A stretch of DNA of 64,000 nt from an uncultured Anaerostipes sp. (GCA_902494405.1 CABUTD010000002.1:20428-84427); one strand, 5' to 3'. Shown: positions 19,299-29,839, counted from the stretch's first letter. The notes: generated from the sequence alone by a model not told the origin. Translations and numbers: made by a program.

Positions 19299-19469
19299 GT
19301 GTCCTTTCTATATCAATATCAATGTTATTTTTTACTTTCCTTATTATAAGTCACAGATATAAAAGTTGCAAGAGTGGTGGTTCTGGAAAAAATTTCATGT
19401 CACAATAGAATCTGGAATAAAAAATAGTAAAAATTAATAATAAGAAAATAAAAATAAAAAAGAAATTTG

Positions 19470-19498
19470 TTCACATCTACCGAAAAAAGTGGTATAAT
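19470..19498 (+). promoter_or_regulatory. Sigma-A promoter with extended -10 upstream of spoVG
   Basis: TTCACA, a 17-nt spacer, then TGgTATAAT. A long A/T-rich tract lies upstream. Confidence 0.5.
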
Positions 19499-19600
19499 TA
19501 AAAATAGCAGAATCGGTCAGAAAAAAAGAAGAAGTTGCAGACAGGAATGGACCGGAGAGCGAGTTTCAGCTATATTTAAAAAAACTAGGAGGATGACAAC

Positions 19601-19888
19601 ATGCAAATTACAGATGTACGAATCAGAAAAGTAGCCAAGGAAGGCAAGATGAAGGCTGTTGTGTCAATTACCATCGACAATGAGTTTGTAGTACATGATA
19701 TTAAAGTGATCGAGGGAGAGAAAGGATTGTTTATTGCAATGCCGAGCAGAAAGGCAGCGGATGGGGAATATCGTGATATTGCACATCCGATTAATTCGGA
19801 TACGAGAAATACAATTCAGAAATTGATTTTGGAACAGTATGAGGCAATGAAGTTTGGTGATATTGACGCCACAGAACCCGAAATGTAG
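19601..19888 (+). CDS. spoVG: Septation protein SpoVG
   Basis: [11 protein letters not shown]...FIAMPSRK is the typical SpoVG sequence. RBS is AGGAGG. Confidence 0.93.
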   Translation: MQITDVRIRKVAKEGKMKAVVSITIDNEFVVHDIKVIEGEKGLFIAMPSRKAADGEYRDIAHPINSDTRNTIQKLILEQYEAMKFGDIDATEPEM

Positions 19889-19920
19889 ATCAGAACTTCT
19901 TCTTAATGTGATGTGAAAAA

Positions 19921-19950
19921 AGAATCAGGAGATTACCCTGGTTCTTTTTT
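19921..19950 (+). terminator. Terminator after spoVG
   Basis: AGAATCAGG / CCTGGTTCT stem with one G-U pair, followed by TTTTTT. Confidence 0.6.
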
Positions 19951-20034
19951 CTGTTATAATCTTATCCAAAGCAAACACTTAAGGTATTTGTTTTGGATAA
20001 TCAGAGAAAAATTATTTTTTAGGAGGTGTCTTAG

Positions 20035-20226
20035 GTGGAATTTCAAGTCGGTGATGTTATCAAACTGAAAAAAGCGCATCCATGTGGGGAAAACCAGTGG
20101 GAAATTTTAAGAGTAGGAATGGATTTTCGGCTTCGGTGTCTCGGATGTACAAGACAGGTTATGGTATCAAGAAAATTAGTGGAGAAAAATTTTCGGGGAT
20201 TTATAAAAAAAGCTTGCGAATTATAA
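20035..20226 (+). CDS. DUF951-family small protein (YyzM-like)
   Basis: GTG start follows AGGAGG. The sequence VGDVIKLKKAHPCG...WEILRVGMDFRLRCLGC is typical, and it lies upstream of rpsF as in Bacillus. Confidence 0.75.
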   Translation: MEFQVGDVIKLKKAHPCGENQWEILRVGMDFRLRCLGCTRQVMVSRKLVEKNFRGFIKKACEL

Positions 20227-20318
20227 AGATCTATGATAACATGAGTATTCGTGGTATATGAAAATATCCTTGCTCTTTCAGAGGAAAGAGCCACTAGACC
20301 AAAAGGAGGTGCAAAGTA

Positions 20319-20606
20319 ATGATGAAATATGAATTAGCATTAGTTTTAAGTGCAAAGATCGAAGACGAAGAGCGTGCAGCTATGATTGAAAAAGTTCAGG
20401 CAATGATTACTACAGCAGGTGCTGCAATCACGAACGTCGATGAATGGGGTAAGAAACAGTTAGCTTACGAAATTCAGAAGATGAAAGAAGGATACTACTA
20501 TTTCATCCAGTTCGAAGGCGAAACTACAGTTCCGGCGGAACTTGAAGAAAGACTTCGTATTGAGGAAACTGTATTACGTTTCTTATGCGTGAAACAAGAT
20601 GCGTAA
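20319..20606 (+). CDS. rpsF: 30S ribosomal protein S6
   Basis: MKYELALVL...YYYFIQFE is typical S6. RBS is GGAGGTG. Confidence 0.95.
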   Translation: MMKYELALVLSAKIEDEERAAMIEKVQAMITTAGAAITNVDEWGKKQLAYEIQKMKEGYYYFIQFEGETTVPAELEERLRIEETVLRFLCVKQDA

Positions 20607-20626
20607 TTAGCAGGAGGGATCCGAAT

Positions 20627-21073
20627 ATGAATAAAGTAGTATTAATGGGAAGACTGACCAGAGATCCGGATGTGAGATACTCACAGGGAGACAGACCGAT
20701 GGCAGTTGCCAGATATACGTTAGCAGTGAACAGAAGGTTTAAGAGAGACGGCGATCAGGATGCAGATTTTATTAACTGCGTGGCATTCGGACGTGCAGGA
20801 GAATTTGCAGAGAAGTATCTGAAACAAGGTACAAAAATCGTTGTTTCCGGAAGAATTCAGACAGGCAGCTATACCAACAAAGACGGAATGAGAGTCTATA
20901 CAACAGATGTTGTAATTGAAGAGCAGGATTTTGCAGAAAGTAAAGCAGCGGCATCCCAGAATCAAATGGGAATGGGCGCTCCTGCACCGAGCGCACCGCA
21001 GCCAAGTGCCGCGGTCAGCGATGGGTTTATGAATATTCCGGACGGGTTGGAAGAGGAACTGCCGTTTAGTTAA
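20627..21073 (+). CDS. ssb: Single-stranded DNA-binding protein
   Basis: MNKVVLMGRLTRDPDVRY OB-fold start, a Gly/Pro/Ala/Gln-rich linker and the acidic tip EELPFS. Confidence 0.95.
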   Translation: MNKVVLMGRLTRDPDVRYSQGDRPMAVARYTLAVNRRFKRDGDQDADFINCVAFGRAGEFAEKYLKQGTKIVVSGRIQTGSYTNKDGMRVYTTDVVIEEQDFAESKAAASQNQMGMGAPAPSAPQPSAAVSDGFMNIPDGLEEELPFS

Positions 21074-21089
21074 ATAGGAGGTAGAAATC

Positions 21090-21344
21090 ATGGCTTATAC
21101 AAAAGGCGATTCTCCAATGAGAAGAAGAGGCGGACGCAGAAGAAGAAAAGTATGTACATTCTGTACAGAAGCTGACGCTGTGATCGATTATAAAGATGTA
21201 GCGACATTAAAGAAATATGTATCTGAGAGAGGTAAGATCTTACCTAGACGTATTACAGGAACATGCGCAAAGCATCAGAGAGCTGTCACAGGAGCAATTA
21301 AGAGAGCTAGACATTTAAGTTTAATGCCGTATACAGCAGAATAA
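21090..21344 (+). CDS. rpsR: 30S ribosomal protein S18
   Basis: RRRKVCTFC...DYKD...[18 protein letters not shown] is typical S18. Confidence 0.95.
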   Translation: MAYTKGDSPMRRRGGRRRRKVCTFCTEADAVIDYKDVATLKKYVSERGKILPRRITGTCAKHQRAVTGAIKRARHLSLMPYTAE

Positions 21345-21358
21345 TTTTCAATGAAAGT

Positions 21359-21396
21359 GCCGATAAACTCTAAACTTAGGGTCTATCGGCTTTTTT
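21359..21396 (+). terminator. Terminator after rpsR
   Basis: GCCGATA / TATCGGC stem followed by TTTTTT. Confidence 0.65.
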
Positions 21397-21435
21397 GTAA
21401 TATAGGAAAGTTTTGACTTTCCTATATTACAAAAA
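21392..21435. repeat. Perfect 19-bp inverted repeat with a 6-nt loop
   Basis: TTTTTGTAATATAGGAAAG, loop ttttga, then CTTTCCTATATTACAAAAA. Verified base by base. Confidence 0.8.
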
Positions 21436-21638
21436 CGCTTTGTGGAATGCACACGATGAGCAGAGGAAAGCTTTGTCCTCTGGTCGCAAATTGTGTAAAA
21501 TTTCTGATGAAACAGGCTTCTGCCAGCAAATGCCTGGCTAAAAAAATCGGGTTCTTTAAATTCGGTGTACAAATCATTTCAAGAGAGGTATAATAGAAGA
21601 TATTTAAAATCTGGTAACAGCTGAATCAGGAGTAAAAT

Positions 21639-23705
21639 ATGGACATTATAAAGAAAACAAAAATCGACCAATATCTTCAGGGACCGTTAAAGGCAATGAT
21701 TTTGCTTATGCCGGTGGATATTCTCTTTTTTTGGATTGATATTCGTTGCGGCATTATTTTGGGATTCGTGCTGGTGGTATATCTTGCGCTTCAGTGCTTT
21801 TTATATTCAAGCAGCAAGAAAGAGATCGTGAAGGAATGCATGAATTTTGTCTTTGAACAGGGACAGGTACAAAACTATCTGATTCATGATCTGCCGATTC
21901 CCTATTCGCTGCTGGACGGCGATGGAATGATTATCTGGTCGAATGCAGCATTCCAAAAAATTGCAGGTGACAACAGAGGGAAGAGTTTACAACAGATTTT
22001 TCCCAATTTAAATCGAAATTTACTGCCTTCGGACGTGAATCATACAATTTCTCATATTGAATACAAAAAAAAGGATTCAGAGGGTAAAAAACAAAAACTT
22101 TTTTATAAAGTCGAGCTGAATCGTATTCGTGTAGAAGATTTTCTGGGAGAACAGGATGAAAGCTGTTCGCAGCAGATGTTAAAGGATCATTGTTTGATTG
22201 CCGCGTATTTCTTCGATCAGACACTTCTGAAAAAGTATATGGAGCAGAATGAGAACCAGAGAATGGTTATCGGATTGATTTATATTGATAATTATGATGA
22301 AATTTTAGATGATATTGATGAGGTCAAGCGCTCCATGCTTATTGCGGTGGCGGACCGCAAGATTAATAAATTTATTCAAAACGTATCTGGAATTGTAAAG
22401 AGAACCGAGAGAGATAAGTATTTTGTCGTGTTTGAACAGAAATATTTGGATAAAATTAAGGCAAATAAATTCTCGATTCTGGATGAAATCAAGACCATCA
22501 ACCTTGGAAACTCAATGCATATTACGCTTAGTATTAGTTTTGGAATCAATGGAAACACCTATCAGGAAAATTATGAGTCGGCGTGTACCGGAATGGACCT
22601 CGCCTTGGGAAGAGGCGGCGACCAGGCAGTCATCAAAGACGGAGAAGATATTTCTTACTATGGCGGAAACTGTGAAGTTATGGAAAGAACAACCAGAGTT
22701 AAGGCAAGGGTAAAAGCACATGCGCTGAAAGAGCTTTTGGAATCAAAAGAGAATGTTGTGATTATGGGGCATAAGATTCCTGACCCGGATGCGATGGGCG
22801 CGGCAGTTGGTCTGTATCGTCTGGGGCTTTCTCTCGGCCGCAAGGCACACATTGTAATGAATGAAATGACAATATCCGTTCGCTCCATGCTGGAAGCTTT
22901 ACTGGAAAGTGGAGATTATGACGAGGATATGTTTATCGACAATGAGAAAGCCATAGAAATTACCGATGAAAATACACTGTTAATTGTAGTGGATGTCAAT
23001 CATGCAAGTTATACGGAGTGTGAGAAACTGTTAAGTCAGACAAAAACGACTGTGATTTTAGATCATCATAGAAAGAATAAGAATATGATTAAAAATCCAG
23101 TGCTTTCGTATGTGGAACCATATGCATCTTCCACCTGTGAGTTGGTTGCGGAGATTTTGCAGTATGTGGCTTCTAAGCCAAAGCTGGAACCGATGGAAGC
23201 AAATGCGATGTATTATGGAATGTTGGTAGATACGGATAACTTTGTGAATAAAACGGGAGTCCGCACCTTTGAAGCCGCGGCGTATCTCAAACGTAGCGGA
23301 GCAGATTTGACAAAGGTCCGTAAGATGTCCAGAGAGAGCATGGATACCTATCGAATCCGCGCAAAGGCGATCAGCGAAGCAGAGATTTTATATGATGAAT
23401 TTGCCATTGCAACTTTGGTGGGAATTGGCGTGGACAGCCCGACGGTTATTGGAGCGCAGGTAGCCAATGAATTATTGGACATTAAAGGAATCCAGGCGTC
23501 GTTTGTTCTGACAGCGGTGAGAGAAAAGGTTTATATCAGCGCCAGATCTATAGATGAAATTAATGTTCAGAAAATTATGGAGGAATTTGGCGGCGGCGGG
23601 CATCTGACCGTTGCCGGAGCCCAGTTGGTGGATGTTTCCCTGGAGGAGGCTAAGATTGTCATCCGCGAAACCTTAAGAATTTTAAAAGGAAAAGGAGAAA
23701 TATAA
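21639..23705 (+). CDS. gdpP: Cyclic-di-AMP phosphodiesterase GdpP (YybT family)
   Basis: Two N-terminal TM helices, a PAS-like region, a degenerate GGDEF region, a DHH/DHHA1 domain (DPDAMG, LDHHR, GGGGH), and synteny with rplI-dnaB. Confidence 0.88.
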   Translation: MDIIKKTKIDQYLQGPLKAMILLMPVDILFFWIDIRCGIILGFVLVVYLALQCFLYSSSKKEIVKECMNFVFEQGQVQNYLIHDLPIPYSLLDGDGMIIWSNAAFQKIAGDNRGKSLQQIFPNLNRNLLPSDVNHTISHIEYKKKDSEGKKQKLFYKVELNRIRVEDFLGEQDESCSQQMLKDHCLIAAYFFDQTLLKKYMEQNENQRMVIGLIYIDNYDEILDDIDEVKRSMLIAVADRKINKFIQNVSGIVKRTERDKYFVVFEQKYLDKIKANKFSILDEIKTINLGNSMHITLSISFGINGNTYQENYESACTGMDLALGRGGDQAVIKDGEDISYYGGNCEVMERTTRVKARVKAHALKELLESKENVVIMGHKIPDPDAMGAAVGLYRLGLSLGRKAHIVMNEMTISVRSMLEALLESGDYDEDMFIDNEKAIEITDENTLLIVVDVNHASYTECEKLLSQTKTTVILDHHRKNKNMIKNPVLSYVEPYASSTCELVAEILQYVASKPKLEPMEANAMYYGMLVDTDNFVNKTGVRTFEAAAYLKRSGADLTKVRKMSRESMDTYRIRAKAISEAEILYDEFAIATLVGIGVDSPTVIGAQVANELLDIKGIQASFVLTAVREKVYISARSIDEINVQKIMEEFGGGGHLTVAGAQLVDVSLEEAKIVIRETLRILKGKGEI

Positions 23706-23707
23706 AG

Positions 23708-24151
23708 ATGAAAGTTATTTTGTTGGAAGATGTAAAATCTGTTGGGAAAAAGGATGAAGTTGTAGAAGTCAATAATGGATATGCGAGAAATGTGTTATTC
23801 CGCAAGGGGCTTGGAATTGAAGCTACAAAAAAGGCTTTGAATGACTTGAAATTAAGAAAAGCCAACGACGACAAGCTGGCTGCGGAGGCGTTGGAGGATG
23901 CAAAAGTTTTTGCAAAAGAAATCGAGGAAAAACAGCTTGTATTAAAAATGAAAGTGGGAGAGGGCGGAAGAACCTTCGGATCAATTTCTACGAAAGAAAT
24001 TTCGGCGGAAGCAAAAAAACAGCTGGGATTTGATTTGGACAAGAAAAAAATGCACTGTGAACCGATTAAGAATCTTGGATTTCATGATGTGGCGATCAGA
24101 GTTCATCCAAAAGTAACGGCTACATTAAGAGTGAAAGTGGAAGAGGCTTAA
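23708..24151 (+). CDS. rplI: 50S ribosomal protein L9
   Basis: [28 protein letters not shown] is typical L9. Confidence 0.95.
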   Translation: MKVILLEDVKSVGKKDEVVEVNNGYARNVLFRKGLGIEATKKALNDLKLRKANDDKLAAEALEDAKVFAKEIEEKQLVLKMKVGEGGRTFGSISTKEISAEAKKQLGFDLDKKKMHCEPIKNLGFHDVAIRVHPKVTATLRVKVEEA

Positions 24152-24164
24152 GGGGACACAATTT

Positions 24165-25505
24165 ATGGATGAGGCATTTGTAAAAAAGATACAGCCCAAT
24201 AGTCCGGAAGCTGAGCAGTCGGTTATCGGTGCGATGATTATGGACAGAGATGCCATTGCAGATGTTATTGACATTGTCGGACCGGAAGATTTCTATCAAA
24301 AACAAAATGGAATTTTGTTTGAGACAATGTCCGAACTGTACCGGGAAGGAAAACCGGTGGATCTAATCACTCTGCAGAATAAACTGAAAAAGAAAGATGT
24401 TCCGGAATCTATGAAAAGTCTGGAGTTTATTCGGGATCTTTTAGAGTCGGTTCCCACGTCTGCAAATGCAAAGCAATATGCAACCATTGTCCGGGAAAAG
24501 GCAACACTGCGGAAATTAATTAAAGTCAGCGAAGAAATTACCACAGAATGTTATCTTGGGAAGGATGATGTGTCTGAAATTTTAGATCACACAGAAAAAA
24601 ATGTGTTCGGTCTTTTGCAGCAGGCAAGCGGCAGGGAGGAATTTGTACCGATTGATAAGGTTGTATTAAATACTCTGGATGCCATTGAGGAAGCTGCCAG
24701 CTCGGCAGGGAGAGTTACCGGGATTGCTACCGGTTTTACAGACTTGGATTATAAATTGTCCGGTCTGCATCCTTCAGAACTGATTATTGTCGCGGCACGT
24801 CCGGCGATGGGAAAAACAGCCTTTGTCTTAAACATTGCGCAAAGAGCGGCGGTTCGTGATCATGTCCCTACGGCAATCTTCAGCCTGGAGATGTCAAAGG
24901 AGCAGCTGGTGACCCGTATGATGGCAATGGAATCTATGGTTGATTCACAGTCAATCCGTACCGGAGATCTGCAGGAAACCGACTGGGAAAAAATTATGGA
25001 GAGCGCAGGAACCATCGGCCGTTCACCGTTGATTATTGATGACACCCCGGGAATTACAATCGCAGAGCTGCGGTCCAAATGCAGAAGATATAAGCAGACC
25101 CATGGCTTGAACTTGATTATTATTGATTATTTGCAGTTAATGTCCGGCGGAAAGCGTTCTGAGTCAAGACAACAGGAAATTTCGGAAATTTCCAGATCCC
25201 TAAAAGCGCTTGCAAGGGAGATGGATGCTCCGGTAATCGCATTGTCGCAGCTAAGCCGAAGAGTGGAGGAACGAAAGCCGGCAAAGCCGATGCTTTCCGA
25301 TTTGCGAGAATCCGGATCAATTGAGCAGGATGCTGACGTTGTAATGTTTATTTATCGTGATGAATACTATAATGAAGATTCAGAAAAAAAAGGAATTGCC
25401 GAGATTATTGTAGATAAGCAGAGAAACGGTTCCACAGGAACCGTGGAACTTGTCTGGCTGGGGCAATATACGAAATTTGGGAACAAGGAGAGAGCGCCGC
25501 ATTAA
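24165..25505 (+). CDS. dnaB: Replicative DNA helicase (DnaB family; DnaC in B. subtilis nomenclature)
   Basis: N-terminal PEAEQSVIGAMI, Walker A ARPAMGKTAF, and motifs IIDYLQLM and SQLSR. Confidence 0.95.
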   Translation: MDEAFVKKIQPNSPEAEQSVIGAMIMDRDAIADVIDIVGPEDFYQKQNGILFETMSELYREGKPVDLITLQNKLKKKDVPESMKSLEFIRDLLESVPTSANAKQYATIVREKATLRKLIKVSEEITTECYLGKDDVSEILDHTEKNVFGLLQQASGREEFVPIDKVVLNTLDAIEEAASSAGRVTGIATGFTDLDYKLSGLHPSELIIVAARPAMGKTAFVLNIAQRAAVRDHVPTAIFSLEMSKEQLVTRMMAMESMVDSQSIRTGDLQETDWEKIMESAGTIGRSPLIIDDTPGITIAELRSKCRRYKQTHGLNLIIIDYLQLMSGGKRSESRQQEISEISRSLKALAREMDAPVIALSQLSRRVEERKPAKPMLSDLRESGSIEQDADVVMFIYRDEYYNEDSEKKGIAEIIVDKQRNGSTGTVELVWLGQYTKFGNKERAPH

Positions 25506-25581
25506 TTTGCGTGCTCTTTTTGTGATAGCGATGAGCCAAAGTCCGGGCTTGCCCGCTTTGTTATGATAGGAGGGGGTATCT

Positions 25582-26292
25582 ATGTTATCATTTCTTTATC
25601 CTCCGGTTTGTCCACTGTGCGGGAAAGCGCTGTTGGATCAAGGGGAGCGTGTCTGTAAAAAATGTGAGAAAAAAATTCAGTTTTTGGAAGAACCGACATG
25701 TTATTCTTGTGGAAAGCCATTATCGGATGCGGATTTGGAATTTTGTGAAGACTGCCGGGAGCATCCAAAGGATTTCAAGAGAGGCATGGGATTGTGCATA
25801 TATCAAAAGCCAGTGACAGATTCTCTGGCAGCGATTAAATATAAAAATAAGAGAATCTTTGCAAAGTATTATCTGGAAGAAATTCGGCGGCGTAAAGGAC
25901 AGCAATTGCAGAGACTGCAGCCGGATTTGATTCTTCCGGTACCGATTCATCCGAAAAAAAGAAGGAGGAGGGGATTCAATCAGGCAGAACTTTTTGCCGA
26001 TGGAATCGGTCAGATCGTCGGACGTCCGGTATGCTGCCAGTTAGTGTCCCGGATTCATGAAACAAAGCCGCAGAAACAGCTGAATCCTGTTGAGAGAAGA
26101 AAAAATTTAGAACATGCGTTTCGGGGGAATGATAAGCTTTACCGGAAGCTTAATTGTCCCAAAAAGATTTTGGTAGTTGATGATATTTATACCACAGGTG
26201 CCACTGCTCAGGCGGTGACAAAGATTTTAAAACGTCTTGGGGTCCGGGAAGTCTATATTTTCTGTGTAGCCGTTGGCAGGGGATATTCTTGA
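25582..26292 (+). CDS. comFC: ComF-family protein (phosphoribosyltransferase-like)
   Basis: N-terminal 4-Cys finger (CPLCG...CKKC...CYSCG...CEDC) and PRTase loop VVDDIYTTGAT. Confidence 0.8.
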   Translation: MLSFLYPPVCPLCGKALLDQGERVCKKCEKKIQFLEEPTCYSCGKPLSDADLEFCEDCREHPKDFKRGMGLCIYQKPVTDSLAAIKYKNKRIFAKYYLEEIRRRKGQQLQRLQPDLILPVPIHPKKRRRRGFNQAELFADGIGQIVGRPVCCQLVSRIHETKPQKQLNPVERRKNLEHAFRGNDKLYRKLNCPKKILVVDDIYTTGATAQAVTKILKRLGVREVYIFCVAVGRGYS

Positions 26293-26383
26293 GATTTCTT
26301 CCATAGCAATTTTTGATACCTTTTGTTATAATAAAGCGTAACTGCGTCGGAAATCAATTCGATGAGTTTAGAAGGGAAATGAG

Positions 26384-27424
26384 ATGGAAAAACGATACGA
26401 CTTAGGAGAATCCTTGCTTCATTGGTATGATTATAATAAAAGGCTGCTTCCGTGGAGAGAAAATAAAGATCCTTACCGAATCTGGATTTCAGAGATTATG
26501 CTGCAGCAAACCAGAGTGGAGGCTGTGAAGCCATATTTTGACCGGTTTATGGAGGAATTGCCGACCGTTGCCGATCTTGCAGAGGTGGAGGAGGATCGGC
26601 TTATGAAATTATGGGAAGGGCTGGGCTATTATAATCGAGCCAGAAATTTAAAAATAGCGGCGCAGACCATTATGGAAAAATACCATGGAGAGCTTCCCGC
26701 AGATTATGACGCTTTGTTATCACTGAAGGGTATCGGCATGTACACGGCAGGAGCCATTGGTTCGATTGCCTTTGAATTGCAGGTTCCGGCAGTGGATGGA
26801 AATGTACTTCGTGTACTTGCAAGACTTTGGGCAGATGATTCCGATATTCTAAAGGATAAAACAAAAAAGGAAATGGGGAAGAAAGTTCTTGCATTGATGC
26901 CGGAAGATCGGGCAGGAGATTTTAACCAGGCATTGATTGAACTTGGAGCCACGGTCTGCGTACCCAACGGCAAACCAAATTGTGAGCAATGTCCGTGGGA
27001 TACGGTATGCCGGGCATACAAAGAGGATCTCATTGATCAGCTTCCGGTAAAAACAAAGAAAAAGCCAAGAAAAATTCAAAATAAGACGGTATTTTTACTG
27101 GAAACAAAAGATCAGGTTGTCATAAGAAAAAGAGAAACGAAAGGTCTTTTAGCAGGGCTTTGGGAATTTCCGAATCTTGATGGAAGGATGGATTCTGAAG
27201 ATCTTAAGAATCAGATGGAACAATGGGGAATTCCAAACTGCCCAATGGAGCAGGCAGGGAGGGGAAAGCATATTTTCAGTCATGTGGAATGGCATATGGA
27301 AGGGGTTCGGATTTTGCTGGAACATCCCATTCCGCTGGAAGATTTTTTGTGGGTGCCCAAAAAGGACCTGGAAACGGTTTATGCATTGCCTTCTGCATTT
27401 GAAATCTTTCGCAATATATTGTAA
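26384..27424 (+). CDS. mutY: A/G-specific adenine DNA glycosylase
   Basis: HhH-GPD core (WISEIMLQQTRV, GLGYYNRARNL, GIGMYTAGAI), the 4Fe-4S cluster CVPNGKPNCEQCPWDTVC, and a NUDIX-like C-terminal domain. Confidence 0.9.
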   Translation: MEKRYDLGESLLHWYDYNKRLLPWRENKDPYRIWISEIMLQQTRVEAVKPYFDRFMEELPTVADLAEVEEDRLMKLWEGLGYYNRARNLKIAAQTIMEKYHGELPADYDALLSLKGIGMYTAGAIGSIAFELQVPAVDGNVLRVLARLWADDSDILKDKTKKEMGKKVLALMPEDRAGDFNQALIELGATVCVPNGKPNCEQCPWDTVCRAYKEDLIDQLPVKTKKKPRKIQNKTVFLLETKDQVVIRKRETKGLLAGLWEFPNLDGRMDSEDLKNQMEQWGIPNCPMEQAGRGKHIFSHVEWHMEGVRILLEHPIPLEDFLWVPKKDLETVYALPSAFEIFRNIL

Positions 27425-27495
27425 AATACATGTTATGTGTAGGAACTATTAATGAACTATAAGAGAAGTTATAGGATGAGAAAAAGGAGAACATT

Positions 27496-28326
27496 ATGAG
27501 GTTAAAAAAAGTATTAGCGGTTGCGCTTTCCGCAGCGGCATGTTTGGGTCTGCTGACCGGATGCGGCGGAGGAAATGACAAAAGCAGTGAAGACTCCAAG
27601 AAACTTGTAGTTGGCGCAAGTCCATCTCCTCATGCAGATATTTTAAAAGCTGCACAAAAAGAGTTGAAAAAAGAGGGCTATACTTTGGAGATCAAAGAGT
27701 ATTCGGACTATGTACAGCCAAATACAGCGTTGGATGCTGGAGATTTGGATGCAAATTATTTTCAGCATAAGCCGTACATGGACAACTTTAATGAAGAAAA
27801 AGGGACAAGTTTAGTAGCAGCGGCAACTATCCACTACGAGCCTTTTGGAATCTTTCCGGGGAAGACAAAGAAGATAAAGGATCTAAAAAAGGGCGCGGTC
27901 ATTGCAGTGCCGAATGATACAACCAACGAAGCAAGAGCGCTGCTGCTTCTGGAGACAGAGGGACTCATTGAGTTAAAAGAAGATGCAGGGCTGACTGCCA
28001 CAAAGAAGGATATTGTAAAGAATCCGAAGAATTTGGAGATTAAAGAGATTGAAGCAGCACAGATCCCAAGATCATTAAAAGATGTAGATCTTGCTGTAAT
28101 CAATGGAAATTATGCACTGGAAGCAGGATTAAAAGTCAGCAAAGATGCACTGGCAATCGAGGATACCGATTCTGTGGGAGCAAAGAACTACGGAAATATT
28201 CTTGCTGTTCGCGACGGAGATCAGAAGAAGGACAGTATCAAAGCTCTGATCAAGGCGTTAAAGAGCGACAGTGTAAAAAAATACATTGAAGATAAATACG
28301 ACGGAGCGGTCGTTCCATTATTTTAA
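27496..28326 (+). CDS. metQ: MetQ/NlpA-family lipoprotein (methionine-type ABC substrate-binding protein)
   Basis: Lipobox LLTGCGG and NlpA-family motifs (DANYFQHKPY, VPNDTTNEARAL, INGNYA). Confidence 0.82.
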   Translation: MRLKKVLAVALSAAACLGLLTGCGGGNDKSSEDSKKLVVGASPSPHADILKAAQKELKKEGYTLEIKEYSDYVQPNTALDAGDLDANYFQHKPYMDNFNEEKGTSLVAAATIHYEPFGIFPGKTKKIKDLKKGAVIAVPNDTTNEARALLLLETEGLIELKEDAGLTATKKDIVKNPKNLEIKEIEAAQIPRSLKDVDLAVINGNYALEAGLKVSKDALAIEDTDSVGAKNYGNILAVRDGDQKKDSIKALIKALKSDSVKKYIEDKYDGAVVPLF

Positions 28327-28346
28327 GAAAGAGGAGAAAAAAGATT

Positions 28347-29132
28347 ATGAAAAAATTATTAGCGGCAGCATTGACAGGTGTTTTAGCGGTATCTATGTTG
28401 TTTACAGGATGCAGCAAAAAAGAGGAGGCAACAATTCCGGATACTTTAAAAGTCGGAACAAATGCAGAATTCCCTCCGTTTGAGTATGTAGACAATAATA
28501 AAGAGATTGATGGTTTTGATATTGCAATGATGAAAGAGATTGCAAAACGTATGGATGTGAAGATTGAAATTCAGAATATGGAATTTAAGTCCCTGATCGG
28601 AGCGATGGAATCTGAAACAATCAATGCAGTTGCGGCGGGAATGACAAAAACAGCAGATCGCAAAAAAGCGGTAGATTTTTCTGACAGCTATTATACAACC
28701 AGCCAGGTGCTCATCCTGAAAAAGAACAATGATAAAATTAAAAAAGTGACAGATCTCAAAGGCAAGAAGGTCGGAGTTCAGGAAGGAACAACCGGAGATC
28801 AATTAGTATCCGGAGATCCGTTCGGTGAAAAAGAAGAGCCGGTAGTTGCAGCAGGAGATGTTGATGTAAAACGTTTCCCAAAAGGCGTCAATGCCGTTAT
28901 GGATTTGAAAAACGGTGGAATTGACGCGGTTGTAATTGATGAGAAAACTGCGCAGGAATTTGTACAGAAAAATAAAGGGTTAAAGATTGTCAGAGATAAA
29001 GCGGCAGAAGAGTACTACTGCATCGCGCTTCCGAAAGGAAATGATAAGCTGCTGAAGGAAATTAATAAGCAGCTGACGGCAATGAAAAAAGATGGTACAT
29101 TTAAGAAGCTGAGAGCCAAATACATTGATTAG
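28347..29132 (+). CDS. Polar amino-acid ABC transporter substrate-binding lipoprotein
   Basis: Lipobox LFTGCS and the family-3 SBP pattern (LKVGTNAEFPPFEY, GFDIAMMKEIA). Confidence 0.85.
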   Translation: MKKLLAAALTGVLAVSMLFTGCSKKEEATIPDTLKVGTNAEFPPFEYVDNNKEIDGFDIAMMKEIAKRMDVKIEIQNMEFKSLIGAMESETINAVAAGMTKTADRKKAVDFSDSYYTTSQVLILKKNNDKIKKVTDLKGKKVGVQEGTTGDQLVSGDPFGEKEEPVVAAGDVDVKRFPKGVNAVMDLKNGGIDAVVIDEKTAQEFVQKNKGLKIVRDKAAEEYYCIALPKGNDKLLKEINKQLTAMKKDGTFKKLRAKYID

Positions 29133-29158
29133 ATGCTGGAAGGAAAGGTAAGATTATT

Positions 29159-29839
29159 ATGAGTTTAGATTCGTTTTATACAGCGTTTATCGCGGGGAAG
29201 CGTTATCTGATGTATCTGGATGGGTTGAAGATGACGATTCTCGTTTCCTTTTTGGCGGTCATTCTTGGAGTGATTCTCGGAACTTTGCTTGCGTTGATGC
29301 GTCTGACGGCAGAAAAGAATGGAAAAAGTACCATTCTATCAAAAATTGCATATGTGTACATTGATATTATCAGAGGAACTCCAACGGTTACCCAGTTGAT
29401 GATTATGTTCTTCATTATCTTAAAAGGGGTAGACGGACTCATCGTAGGTACTGTAACCTTTGGGTTAAACAGTGCAGCCTATGTGGCAGAAATTATTCGT
29501 GCCGGAATTCTGGCAGTCGATCAGGGACAGATGGAAGGAGGACGATCTCTTGGATTATCCTACGGACAAACGATGAAAGATATTATCTTACCTCAGGCGA
29601 TTAAAAATATTCTTCCGGCGTTAGGGAATGAGTTTATTGTTTTGGTGAAGGAAACATCCATCTTAGGATATGTATCCATAGTAGATTTAAGTAAAGCGGC
29701 AGATTTTGTAATTTCAAGAACTTATGAGGCAATGACACCGCTGATTGGCACGGCATGCATTTATTATTTGCTGGTAAAAATTTTAACTCTGGGATTAAAC
29801 GCAGTGGAAAGGAGATTGCGGCAAAGTGATAAGCGTTAA
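29159..29839 (+). CDS. Polar amino-acid ABC transporter permease
   Basis: His/Glu/Gln/Arg-type permease with the EAA loop [24 protein letters not shown]. Confidence 0.88.
   Translation: MSLDSFYTAFIAGKRYLMYLDGLKMTILVSFLAVILGVILGTLLALMRLTAEKNGKSTILSKIAYVYIDIIRGTPTVTQLMIMFFIILKGVDGLIVGTVTFGLNSAAYVAEIIRAGILAVDQGQMEGGRSLGLSYGQTMKDIILPQAIKNILPALGNEFIVLVKETSILGYVSIVDLSKAADFVISRTYEAMTPLIGTACIYYLLVKILTLGLNAVERRLRQSDKR

Noticed and set aside
21348-21572. A 74-aa minus-strand ORF in the rpsR-gdpP spacer.
   Set aside because: It spans terminator hairpins and the 19-bp palindrome, has no RBS and no recognisable features. The spacer is more likely regulatory or structural RNA or DNA.
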